Below are positions 51,151 to 63,828 of a DNA stretch of 64,000 nt, in pieces. The translations under genes and the position numbers were made by a program. The notes below the pieces were generated by a model, which was not told the origin of the DNA, did no database searches, and saw only the letters and a list, made by a program, of their open reading frames with translations. The stretch is from Balanoglossus misakiensis (taxonomy: Eukaryota > Animalia > Hemichordata). Within the stretch, counting starts at the first letter, position 1, and each line of letters starts with the position of its first letter. The DNA is taken from positions 13,242,327 to 13,306,326 of the forward strand of contig CM082582.2 of NCBI GenBank assembly GCA_040954595.2, given 5' to 3'.

Positions 51151-51422
51151 TGTTGTTTTTTAAAAATTAGGTAAAATGGGCTGTGTGCCAAGTGAGATAT
51201 TGCAGAGTTTGGATATTCAAATGTATGAACCACAAAATTTTAAAAAAAGCAAGCAGTAAGCTCATTTAGATGAAAAGATGTTTTGGAAATAAAATAACAA
51301 TTCTTAGATCTTATATGTGTATATTTGCACTGTCTATACCGACGAAATATTGTAAAGTTTGATTTTTGTTTGGTTTGATTTTTTTAAAGAGATGTGACAT
51401 GTACTGTATCCATATCAGTTGA

Positions 51423-51428
51423 AATAAA
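51423..51428 (+). terminator. Candidate distal ESRP polyadenylation signal
   Basis: AATAAA followed about 30 nt later by a T/GT-rich tract. Another AATAAA is at 51288. Confidence 0.5.
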
Positions 51429-52239
51429 ATCCACCAGTGCTTCCAACATTACAATATTTTGGTTTTTGTTTTAATTTTGACACTAATTAATTGGAATTGA
51501 CTTTGTCAACTTTGTCAAGGCTGTGCTTACTTTGTTGACTTTAAACGGCTCACACACTCATTGAAGTGCATACTAAATTTTCAAAATGGAATACCACAAT
51601 ATAGAACTGGAGGAGGATCACGTGATTATAAAAACAAGGTAAATGTTACTTTTAACACTAGAGGGCCTGCTTGCTACCTTTTCAGCATGTTCAGAGCTGT
51701 ACAGCTTATAAAAAAGAAAGTATTTCCACCTTATCATCCCTCGTCAGAATATTGTTTTATTGAATTTCCAGTTTATAAGCATTACTTGAACCAGTCTTAT
51801 TTCAGTTTCGCCACTGTCCTACATATAGGGACTGGTGGTCACTGATTCACCTGGTAACGTCTAGTTTTGGCCGTCTCAAATTGGCCAAAGATGACGGACT
51901 TCATGAAGCTGTTTATGTTACCAATTTCAAAAACAACAGCTGTCAAACATGGAAAGAACATACTAGTAGTTAATGCCAAAATACTGAATTTCCATTTTCG
52001 GCCGATGAAGACCCATACAATTGTTATCAACAGGACAATAGCAGAAAACGTTGAGCAGACGTCAAGAGACGCCATGATCGGACCCTCCCACTTTCAAAAC
52101 GAGGTCGTGAACTCTTTTTTTGCCAACGAAGAAAAATATATTCTCACGCTTTAAAATGTCTGCTTGTGGTATGAAGGCAGAAACAAGGCATTGAATTGAA
52201 GTTTAACAGACAGGAAAACAGGACTACAGTGAAAATATG

Positions 52240-52441
52240 CCAGAGCGCGACGTCAAATAGTAAACCGGAACCAGTATTATTTGACCCGGAAGTTAATGTA
52301 CACGAGGCATGTTTTACCAGCTGTACACAACGTGTCTGTATGTTTCTGACAGTTTTTGTGAAACTAAACGGTTACGCGTGCACTGTAAGGCGAAGTTTCA
52401 GGGGTAATGTCTATATTTTACGGGTATTCTGACGAAGTATC
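52240..52441 (+). promoter_or_regulatory. HEATR3 promoter region
   Basis: CpG-rich. ETS motif CCGGAAGT at 52286-52293 and a second CCGGAA near 52265. Confidence 0.45.
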
Positions 52442-55400
52442 ATGGGTAAGAGTAAAAAGAAGATGTTTCCGGTGAAAAAAATCCAACCAACTGGTTTGTG
52501 CAGCGTCAAGGATGCTGAGGCTGAAACTAATGAACTTGCAGCCCCTCCTTCCGCGGCGCAAACACAAACATTGTCAATTTTGGAGAAGGTGAGTGCTCTT
52601 ACTGGTTTATGAAACACTAAACCTTTCTCAAAGTTATTGTCTTGTTTTAAGGACGCGTTAAAAATCTCCATAAACACAGTACAGGGAAACTTAAAATTAT
52701 GATGATGGAGAGAGTGTCATGTCTGAATTTTTTTCTCAAAGAGAAGTACAGATGTGATTTGTATAAAGTAAAGTATAAGTGCCTTTGACCGTATGTAAAT
52801 ACATAGCTCTGCGTGGGCAGGGCTGTGTAAGACACACAGTCCTGCCATGCAGAGCTAGAGTGTATACCACGTGTCAAAGGTGTTCCAGTTTTGATCACTG
52901 TTAGACAGTGCTAAGTTTGTTTTAGTAACAAACAAACAAACAAACAAACAAACAAACAAACAAACATATTATTGCCAATAAAGGTATAATTAATGTTTTC
53001 CACAACTTTGACCATCACAGCTACAAAGTTCTGAAGAAGAGGACAAACAGTGTGGTTGTTCTTCCCTTGCAATCTCAGTGTTTGATGAGAAAATGATCCC
53101 GCCTTTATTGGAAAATGATATCGTAAAATGCGTTGCACCATTACTCGTTGATAAATCCTTATCAGTAAGAGAAGCTGCTGCAGGAGCACTTAGGTAAATA
53201 ACTTGTGAAGTATTACTTTGACTTTCTTGTAGATTTTGAAATGTGTAGTTGAAAAGTTCCATAAAATTTTGTTTTCATTCTGTCGTTCGTTGGGTATAAT
53301 GAGATATGAATTGAGAGAACTGATTTATAAATTTGAACTGATTGACTGATGCATCATGGTACACCTGGGGTGACATGAATAGACATGGATGCAATAGGTA
53401 ATTCTTTAAAAAATTTTGACATGAACAGGAACTTAAGTCTAAGTGGAGGTCATGAAGTCTGTGTTAAAATGATTGAAAATGACGTCATGACACCGTTAGT
53501 GGTCTTATTAAACAAGGTAAGCATATCTATGCATTTGAATGTCACGTGTAAAACTATGGGAGTATCATTCTTTTGATACAGTGTACCACCATGAGGCTAA
53601 AGGGGTGTGACTCGTAGGTCATAGAGCAAGTGATATTAGACATTCAGACTGTGTTTGATTTCACCACCAACCCCTGTCCATCAAACAGTGAGGAAATTCA
53701 GAATTGGGATGTGGTTGTGTCTGTTCTTGTAATGCTTCAGGTGTTCTTCTTCGCAGTGCTTAGAAAACTTGAAAGTGATGTCAGAAAATAAAATGATGAA
53801 GGATACGACAGTGCCAATGACAATTCAAGGAATGCATCTGCTTTGGAATTTATGGTAAGACACAAAATTCGTGAGATCACATGGACAAGAGTGTATCTTG
53901 TTTTTGCACATGCATCCATGTAGCATGCTGCATAGCACAGAGCACAAGCTACACAAACAATATAAGTGGCAGTGAGCTACTGAACACAGTGTTATCAAAT
54001 CAGAAAGTATTTCTGATCTGCACTGTAGAGGGCACACTACACAAGACATCGCATCACTAAGAATTCTTGCCTGCAAGTTTTGTTGTCAACTTTTAAATTT
54101 GATTCAACTTACAGTGAAAACAGTTCAACAGCTGTGAACATTGTGAACTCTGAAAACCTGATGCCGTTGATGGTGCAATGTCTGCAGGTTGACAAGTACG
54201 GCATAGAATTGGCTACTCCAGCTGGTAAGATTGTATGATCTGATACTTGCATTGGTAACTTTCTTAACCACAGCTTTCAGTTACAGTTTTTCAAGTTCTT
54301 GAATTTTCCAAGGGTATAGCTGTTTTTAGAAGTAGACATAAATGTTTAAAAGCCCAAGTCATTGGACAGTATGGAAACACTCATGTAATTTCACACAGTC
54401 AATCAATGCTAGACTAGTTGTCGCCACGGTTGTCGCCAACTTATTTTTGCCTATGCAATGAATACTCAGTTATCCATGCTGTAGAGATTTATTCTTCATG
54501 TGTTTTTTTCTTTTTCTTCTTCAGCACAATGTCTTCATGTTGTAACGGAAGAAAATACAACTGCAGCTCAAATACTTTGTGTTCCAGAGATGTTAAGTAT
54601 ATTAGAAACATACATGATGTCCAGTGAAAACTCCTACCAATATTTGTTATTGAAAACTTTAATTGCAGGTAGGTGTACCTAGTACTCTTAGTTCTCGTGA
54701 CGTCTCAGGTCCTTCTAATCAGAAAATGTTGTATCACATGTTGATATCAGGCTACTAGCATTAGCATTGAGTCTTTTTTTCTTGTCCTCATGTTTTCTAC
54801 CCAGGAACCCTGTACAACATCAAAACATGTCTGCCATCTGGAACGCAGAGTGAGACAATGCAGGCCATTGTCAAAGTCTTGGCACAGACACTGGATGTTG
54901 ATAATTTAGAAGTTGTGCAGAGTTTCATACAAAAGGTTGGAGCTGCCAATGTAAGTACCATCACTTGGTTGTGTTGCATTGTCAGGGCCAACGTCATGGT
55001 TCTAGGTCAGTCACCCCCTGGACATCTACCCACCGAAGGTGATCCATATCTGTAACAGTAACTGCTGGGAGGGGAAATGCCCATGTGGCATGTGTCCAGG
55101 GGGTAAGCACCCTTATACCAACTTGATATGGTGATTTTGGTAAGCCATGCTGGTATTCTTATTTCAGGGTGTGAATCACAGAGATGCTCATACAGATGGT
55201 GAAGGAACTTCTCAAGATGATGGTAAAGATGCTTTGGAAAACAATAAGGTGAGACATTTTTTGTCATATTTCTTTTCCAGAGTGACATGTAAGACAAAGG
55301 AAGACTCTGACTGTTCATTCATTTTTGTGGAAAAAAATACGTAATAATTTTTACTTCACATTCACATGCTGTGGAGTTTTCTTTAGTTTGATACTTTAGT

Positions 55401-57852
55401 TTTGATTTTTCATAGGATTCCAAAGACAAAGAGGGGCACACGGAAGAAATAAAAAGTTTGCTAACATCTCAGCAAGTAGCCTTAGAAGTCATCTCTAATA
55501 TGTGTGTTCCAGAAGGTAGGTTGTCATATTATGTGCATACCTAAGTTTGGTCACTCAGTACTGTATGTTCAGTCTTGTTTTTGTTTATTATTCTTGTATT
55601 TTTTTCTTTCTCTTCAGATGATGATGATGAAGATTGGCAAGACATGGACGCAACAAGCAGCAGCAGCAGTGATGATCAGACAGAAGACATGGATGTCACA
55701 GAGAACAGTGCACCCATCATGGTAAGCATCCAAAAATGGTGGAATGCTGTGATGCTTCTCTCTGCAGTTGTCATCCATATGCTGTGTTTATTGTTGTTTA
55801 GTGTTGTAATGGTTGTCTGCAGGATAGAAGTGGAAACTCAGCATTCGATGTGAGGAAACAATCATCTTGTCATGTGGAGCAGTGTGATACTCAATATGTT
55901 CATTCAGAACATTCTTTTGTGTGTCAGATTTGCAGACAAATTTCACAAGAAACAATTTTCGTTTTCATTTTCAGTCACCACTTTGCTTGTCTGCAGAGAT
56001 TCATTCTGCCCTGATAGCTCAAAATATTCCAAAACGGGTATGTATATGAATCATTTTGTATTAAAGCCAGATTTTTCAGTACTTCCTGGAGGCCGTCATT
56101 TTTCCAACCTCTCTTTCACACTTCAGTGCGCATGTTTGATGCTGATTGTTTATTTATGAGACTATGTTTAAACGTGAGTGAAATCAATGTTTCAGGTTTT
56201 GGACAAAACTTCCTTAGCTGATAAAAATGCATTAACTATTGCAAGTCATCCTAAAGGCCAGTCATTGATGAAAGGGTAGGTCAAAGATTTGATCATATCT
56301 TTAACTCATTGTGATGGTATTTGATTATCACCACCAATGTTCATCATTTCATCTTGGTACAATAACACGTCAACTTGCCAACCTGCAGACATTGTACCTT
56401 AGTGAACATGCACTCAATTACTTTGAGGTGTCTTTTCCCATCTTTGAGTTTGTAATCTGTTCTCTCACATCATTCCAGTTTCTTGCATGATTCTAAAATC
56501 TTTCGTTCCACATTTCAGCTTGCAGACAATTCAGAACCGGGCATTGATATGTCTACAAAACATGATATCTGTGGTAGATGTTGACTCCTTGGGTGGAAAT
56601 GAAGCTTTGGCCAATTTATGGCAACTTTTGTTGACACAGACACTGGAGAAAAATGGCAAGTGAAGTCATGTGTTGTCTTTTTTGCTTAAGAAGTGACATT
56701 CTTGGAAGTAGTGTGAGAATAGTTGCAGAAAAATAGATTTAGTCTTGTATGTATAGACTCTGTATTCTTTGTCTCACAGTATGTTGAAGTATATCAGTGT
56801 TTTTCTGTATTTTTCGTATTGTGTACAGCCACGTATTCTTCAGTATGTATTTTTTGTACTGTATACAGCCACTGTTACAGATGAGTACATAGAAGCTATG
56901 ACAAGTGCCTTGAGAGCGTTGCTTCAGAAAATGGCTGCAAGTCAACAAGTTCCTCAGGTTTGTGAAATCAAACAAAGGAGATCAAAGATCAAGAAACATT
57001 CATTTATGCATGATAGCTTCACATTGACAGAAGGGATGAAAAGCCAGTCTGTGAATTCTTTTAAATACTAAAAGATGGGTGGAAATTCATGATCTTACCA
57101 GAAACTCATTTCTTCTGTTGTAGGGTTTAAATGAAAATCATTTGATGAGACTATGTGAACTATCACATGTATCCAGCTGTAGTAATGTCAGAGCAAATAT
57201 TCTTGGAATTCTGGGAAGTATTGGAAATCTGCTGGCTCAAGAACCAAATACAAATTCTTTACTCATTGTAAGTACATAAAGATATGTCAACTATATTGTA
57301 GTGAACACTTTTTTTTAAGTTATAAATTTTTGTCAAATTCTGCACCTATTCTAATTTTATTCAAAGCTTGATTGTCTTACTTGGCTACCAACCTGTTGCT
57401 ACGGTAATTAACCAAGTCTCGTGAGATCTCACATCACATTGCTTTCTACTCTTGCATACAGGCCATTGGTAATCACTTGTTAGAGGTGATATCGAAAGAA
57501 GTAGAGTTACGAGTGGTAGCTGAAGCATTGGATGCAGTATTTGACACATTCGGTGATGGACAGACAGCTGATGATGTAGCTATCACAATATCTCTTGTTG
57601 AAAAGTTGAAACAAATGCTGCCTGTACTCAAATCAAAGGTGAGCACCATTTTGTTTCTACACTGGCAGAATTATTTGGTAATCCAAAATATTATTTGTTT
57701 CTTTCAATATATGTCTGATTTCAATTAATCTTCTGTATTCTTTACAGATTCGTCAAGGAAAATGTCATCTTGGAGACCACTTCCCTGTTGTCATGAATGC
57801 AAGAACAAATCTTATAAGATTTATTAAATACAAAGAGGATCAAATGAAATAA
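52442..57852 (+). CDS. HEATR3: HEAT repeat-containing protein 3 (Syo1 ortholog, uL5/uL18 import chaperone)
   Basis: Exons 52442-52588, 53021-53193, 53429-53516, 53757-53854, 54115-54224, 54525-54668, 54805-54950, 55168-55248, 55416-55516, 55618-55721, (55823-55849?), 55975-56037, 56196-56275, 56519-56655, 56869-56957, 57124-57267, 57462-57638, 57748-57852. Motifs MGKSKKK..PTG, VREAAAGALRNLS, DVMTPLV, LLWNLCE, QQVALEVISNMC, SPLCLSAEIH, VVAEALDAVFDTFGDG, NLIRFIKY. Confidence 0.93.
52927..52965. repeat. (AAAC)n tetranucleotide microsatellite in HEATR3 intron 1
   Basis: Directly visible. Shorter AAAC runs also occur at about 50783-50801 and 50843-50859. Confidence 0.9.
55012..55104. mobile_element. 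Small inverted-repeat (MITE-like) element in a HEATR3 intron
   Basis: accccctggaca...tgtccagggggt inverted repeat about 70 nt apart. Confidence 0.4.
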
Positions 57853-58732
57853 CGAGATTTGACCAGCCAATGAAGTATTATATTTTTTATCAATTGGTGT
57901 ACGAGTACATCTTGAAAGACACTTACCTCACCAGTTGCAACTGAATAGAATAATTTGATTCTTGCCCTGGATATGCCTGCATTCATTTAAATTCCTGAGA
58001 AACAGCCATTTTTGTGCGTAGGCAGAAATTTCAGATGTTACCAGTAATTTGTGATATGTGACTGTATCTGAAATTGATTGCCAGTATTAATTTCAGAATA
58101 AATTCTCGGATATCAAGTTATAAAATTAACTAATTGTATATTTGACATGATTGACTTTATTGATACTGTGCACAGAAATTGTTTTCTGTGGAAATGACAT
58201 AGTTGAAGAAAATGTTATTTTTTCCCGTAAGGCTTGTGAAAAAGAAATTTCAACGAAGTGAAATCTTTGATGTATTGAAATATTGGCCTTTTTGCAAGTA
58301 GCCTTGTTTTATTTTATTTTTTATGTTGAAAAAATGAGTTTTAGTGTTAAATCAAAAGGTGGCCACACGCCAAATGATTGAATTCCTTTATTATTTTTTG
58401 GGGGAAAACCTGATACAGATGCCACCGAGACAAGGGTCGTAACATTATCTTTCTTTTTAATCATGTATCTTTGAGTCGGTGACCTTTTTCTTTTAATTTT
58501 TCAATTAAATGGTAATAATAATGGTTTGTTGCACTTGGTATGAATGTGAAAATACTGTTGTCTTTTCACTCAAGTGCTGGTGAAATGGGTTAATTGATGG
58601 GAAACTGCAAACATGTTTGTACATATGCTAATTATCCCGTGGACAATTAGCATCAACTCTTGGAAACTGGGTTAATCGGTGGGAAACCGCAAATATGATT
58701 TCACTCTGTTAGATCAGCGCGCATATGCATGG

Positions 58733-58791
58733 TAGCCTGGTCACCATACCCAGTGTGTTTTAGATAGACTCACACACACGTGACCAGGCTA
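58733..58791. mobile_element. 59-bp hAT-type MITE with 8-bp target-site duplication
   Basis: TIR tagcctggtcac...gtgaccaggcta, flanked on both sides by ATGCATGG (58725-58732 and 58792-58799). Confidence 0.8.
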
Positions 58792-59239
58792 ATGCATGGC
58801 TACCATCCGAAAATATGGAAAATGCAAAACAGGTTCGGAATACAATTATAGACACAAATCTTATAAAAATATACACGCTTTGTGTTCATTTGAGTTATAG
58901 CTCGTGTATCAGCAGTACTATATTTGGCTGCTTGTGTACTGCATAATCTCCCATGTGGAAAGCGCTGTGGTAAGAGAACTAGAGTTATTGTCAAACTGTG
59001 TTGTGCATGTAGCTTGAAATTTCTATTTCGGGGGGTCGAAGTGACTAGAAACCATGGAAACCATTGTTCCTGTACGTGTATGATTGTTTCGTGTATGAAT
59101 GTATGTGCTGATGAATGAACCCGGAATGTGTAAGTGAACTTATTCAAGGCCAAGCCTTTGAGCCATTCTTTTGAGGCGTTGATACATGACCGACATTTCC
59201 TTCCACATTTCTTCCACCACATTTTAGACAACAACAACC

Positions 59240-61783
59240 ATGGCCGGTGTGAATCAGAAAGTGTTATCAACCTCCAAGTCAAACTGGTGTTTCTCCAGGT
59301 GTAAGGCCTCTAGACTCTTCCCTTTGATGCTGGGCGTGGTCCTTGGAGTTTTCATTCAAGAAATCATGGTAGGTTTGGTCACATTGGGAGGGACTGTAGT
59401 TTGCTTTAGTAGCATATATAGGTTGTATGAGTGAACACTGACCTCAGTGTAGCCACTGGCCCTGTGTACAGAACTGTGTGCTCCCGGCGTGACACGGCCA
59501 TGGTGGAAGCCGATATACGTGTGCGCGTACCATAATAGTTACTCGGGTGGTTGAAAAAAAGGTGCGGTTCAAGTACATCTTACTATTGATTGATACAAAA
59601 GGTACTTGTTTTCTCTTTTTAGTTTTGGTCTTCTGGTGAAAAGTTTACATTGGGTACATATCAAAAGACCAAGACCGATTCTATGGTGGGACATATGGTA
59701 TGTGCAACTACTACTCGGAGAGTGGCTGCGTTCTCCCAAAAAGCTGGATCGTATCTCACTGCAGAAAACATGACCAGCACAAGAAAACCCCAATCACAGA
59801 ACGGGAAACCCTTTTTTCCTTATCTGACAGATCTTTTGGTGACGTCAGCATATACATCAAGGTACGCATACATAAATAAAAACATGCCATCATCATCATC
59901 ACCATCCTCATCATTGCATCATCATCATCATCCTGCCGCCGTCACCAACCAACACCGCCATATTTGATTTTACAAACGTGCAATTACAACTATCATTATT
60001 GTTCTTGTGCATATTGTAGGTTGGTCGTTCCAAGGAACAACACAACCTTTCGTCAAGGGGGTATCATTGAAGCAGTAATTGACACGTACGACGCCGATGG
60101 TCGTAAACGTACCGTTGGCGGGGACTTCTTTTTTGCCGTTATGTCTGACAATCTATCAAAATCCACCAGCGGACGGATAATCGATCATGGTAATGGTTCT
60201 TATAGCGCTTACTTTTACGCTGGTTGGACGGGATCAGCAAGCATATCTGTAACTTTGGTACATCCACGCGAGATGGTGAATTGGATTGAAACTGTGTATC
60301 GCCCCACAGAGCCCAGTCTGGATTGGAACGCGGTCTTTCGGAATAAAACTTTCTCTGAGGAAATTCGTTGCTACGTCTTCGGCGATGCGACACCTCAGAA
60401 TAAGTGCGTGTATGGCAACGAAAATGCACTCGGGAATACAGTCTTCGTGTGTGACAAACCAAAACATTTGACTTGCGAGGAAATACATAGCACAAAAGCT
60501 GACTTAGGTTCCTTTAGAAGATATGTAAACCGAACCCTTTCAGATGATCTTACATTTTTACTTCAACGGTAAGTATTCATATTAATCTCATCAAACCAAC
60601 AACGTTTAATACTAGTTCTAACACTAATTTCCAGTGATTCCTACAATATGCATGGCGACACATTGTTATAAAATTATAATTTTTCATAATTATTCGAGCT
60701 GTTCTTCGTCGCACAGGTGCGAATCAATCAATTTAATAACCTTTGACTTATATACACAGCCCATACCTCATGACGCCTTTGGTTGGAAGTCCCTTTGCAG
60801 TCACAATTCAAGGTAATCTTGTGTATTTTTCTTTGTGTAAATTGCAGGTGGCACTGGTCACTATTCTATTCATTAACGCCACAATGTCGAGTTTGACCCC
60901 GCCCCCCCCCCCCCAAAAAAAAAACAACCTTATATACTTGATTTTGGTTCTTTTCAAAATGACTTTGTCGTCGTTTTTCGAACGGTTCGCGTTTCCAGAA
61001 TCTGGTGCTGCTCGGAATTCCACAGATCAAGATGTGGACCTGCCTGATTGTGGAACGGACCTTCCAATATCAATATCTGACGGTTTCTGGACAAGTAACA
61101 AAGAATGGGTTTCTCGCGTTTGCAAGGCGCACCACTGGGGTGTATCCGATATACGACAGTGTCTCCGCGGGAGAACTATACTGTTTCTGGGGGATTCGAC
61201 TCTCAGGCAATTGAACGAGTTTATCGCCGAAGTTTTGAAGCAGAAAACACCGAAAGATGAAAAGCTATTGCGGATATGGCGAGATAATAAGTACAATATT
61301 AGCGGTATCTTTCATTTTCACCCGATCTTGATTGGGAGTAATGTAATCGACTTTTGGAGCCAGAAATTTGAAAGTGATGTGATCGACAGTGTAACAGTGA
61401 CTCAATGCAACGATGTGATTGTTTTAAGCCTCTCTTATCATTTTGTAGTATGGACAAAGAGGTCATACATAGAGAGGCTACAACATGTCAGACAAGCAAT
61501 TGTCAGTCTTAAGAAACGCTGCCCAGACGCGGTTGTTATTGTCAAAAGTTCTCATCCCAGAGAGCATGATGGGAAGGAAGCATACATTCACAGCAGTGAC
61601 TGGATTTTGAACGATATGAATAACATACTCAGAGAAACTTTTGGCGGGATCGGAGTGAGATTTCTCGATGTTTATGACATGTCGCTGGCTCACTTTGCGA
61701 CAAACCGGGTTCACATGCCAACGGAGGTTGTACATCAACAAATGGACATGCTCTTTTCGTATATATGTCCACAGGTTAAATGA
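59240..61783 (+). CDS. NXPE family member (neurexophilin/PC-esterase domain), type II membrane protein
   Basis: Exons about 59240-59368, 59623-59861, 60020-60568, 60760-60812 and 60999-61783. N-terminal TM segment and motifs RTVGGDFF, GRIIDHGNGSY, SVTLVHPRE, FVCDKPKHLTC, CLRGRTILFLGDSTLRQ, QQMDMLFSYICP. Confidence 0.9.
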
Positions 61784-62166
61784 CTTTACTGTTCGCAGAT
61801 GTTCGGTAAATGAAAAGAAAGTATTTTCAAGTTATTTAACAAGCAGGATTGTATTATGATTATGTTGAGTTTTTGAGTATTAGTAGTAGTGTCATACAGA
61901 ACGCAAGACATTGGCTATATCGCACAGATTTGTACTCGTCTCTCATGTACTGGTTTTATCACAGCTCATTCATTAAAATATAAATTAACTGTTTACTGTT
62001 TGCCACACCCGATCAACCGGCTCCTGTGGTCAAGGGTATTTACAAGGGTCAGTATATCTTAATTTGTAGGTGTAAATGTCTATTGCAGTTATTTATAGTG
62101 TGAAATCTACACAATCTACCCATAGTGCATTGTAGCGGAAATGGGCACGGATATTTTTAGAAACCC

Positions 62167-62176
62167 GGGGAATCCC
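62167..62176. promoter_or_regulatory. NF-kB consensus site upstream of the TRIM gene
   Basis: GGGGAATCCC fits GGGRNWYYCC, about 90 nt before the ATG. Confidence 0.4.
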
Positions 62177-62262
62177 ACCGTCGAAGTAAGTAATTGGCGA
62201 CGCCGGTGTATACAGCTCAGTATTACAGCGGCTTTTTCTGCGAAACCATCTTCTATCGCGTC

Positions 62263-63828
62263 ATGGAGCTCGAGAACGAACTTACGTGTAGCATTTGTCT
62301 CGAACTGCTAGATTCCCCGGTTATTCTGCCATGTTCTCACAATTTTTGCAGGGAGTGCGTTATCGGGTTACTGAAACATGGCGAGTTTAAATGCCCTACT
62401 TGCCGCCGTCAGTGTGGGCACCGATGTATTGACGATTTTCAGTCCAACAGGGCACTCGCCAACATTGTAGCAGACTACAAGAAACGACAGGTTCTGCTGT
62501 GTAGCGAGCACGACAAACGACTGTCTCTCTTCTGTGTTTCCTGTCGGACCGCCGTTTGCCGAATGTGTTTACATGCCAGGAAGGGAGAGCACAGAGGGCA
62601 CACGGCCAAACAACTGAAACCTCTCTGTGAGAAAGAAAAGGTACGACCCTGAAACTTGTGATATATTTTCAACAGACGACATTTTTGAGTAAATAGCATC
62701 ATAGAAAAAAAAACTAGCTCTTCGTGGCAGAGCTGTAGGCCTATCTTGTTGTTGTTGACACAGTGGCCTAGTGTTTTCCGAGAACCAGGGTCAGTGACCT
62801 GGGGTAACGAAAGTGCCAACTTTATAGGTTGTTTTCGCGGCCATCATGATAAGAAAGTTTCATCAGACGAGTGCCACCCCGGGGTGTTACCCTCGCTTTC
62901 TCCAAAGGATATTGCCAATTGCAATAATTCAGTTGTTTTCGTTAAATGTAGAAAAAAGAGGAAACGAAACAAGTTCAGTCAAAAGTTCAAGCTTTCTGAA
63001 ATCCGCCTTAGTACGTAATGCGTTGTTGTTCACGTCATGAAAATAAAATGGATCCCCAGTAGGCTGATACCTATTACAGCTCATAACGTGCCATAACTTC
63101 TAATCTTGATTGCAGAAACGATTGACAAGCGAACACGATTCCCTAAAAACTCTGGTTGACGAAGTGAAGTCACGTTTCAATCCTTCTGAACTCATGGAAG
63201 AAGTCGAGGTGAATATTTCATTCACTTATCCATCTTCTTGCAACCGCGCACATGCGCACATATAGAAATCACGATGATGGTCTCAAAAATGGTTCGAATT
63301 TCAAATGTCAAGCGTTTCACCGTTCCAAAACCCGCCATGACTTGTCTGCCTTGAATAGTCACTGGTATAGAAGTACTCCCACAGCTTAAGAAAAAAAATC
63401 ATTTTTCCAGGAGGATTTGTCGAGTATAGAGGAACAGCTGGACCAGACTTGTGAAGAACTGATAAGGATGATCAAGCAGAGGAAAGTTAGCATAAAGAGT
63501 ATGATAAAATTCCAAAGAGACAAAATTCGATGGAAGCTTGATTCGCATAAATCTTCCATAAAACAATCACAAAATTTACTCGACAAGTACCAGAAAGTTA
63601 CATCACTTTTTGACGAAAGTCCGGTCAGGTTTTTACAGGTACGTATGGCATTTGTTTGTATATGTAATTGCCAACATGCATGTGTGTATGTAATTTTGTT
63701 GTTACAAAGTTATTACTTTTTTACTAAAAGAATTTTTGCCGTAAGAGGACGACTTGTCTTTATTTGTGCAATCATTCAATGACATTTTTTATTCTTTTTT
63801 TCCGACAGGAATCTCTTGGGCTTCAGGG
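62263..63828 (+). CDS. TRIM-family E3 ligase (RING, B-box, coiled coil); 3' end beyond the window
   Basis: Exon 62263-62640 encodes a RING (CSICLELLDSPVILPCSHNFCREC...CPTCR) and a B-box (CSEH...FCVSCRTAVCRMC...HRGH). Coiled-coil exons 63116-63208 and 63411-63638, then a 20-nt exon 63809-63828. Confidence 0.9.

Noticed and set aside
51839-52075. Hydrophobic 78-aa ORF divergent from HEATR3
   Set aside because: No recognisable family and no downstream exons before the ESRP 3'UTR; possibly a repeat fragment.
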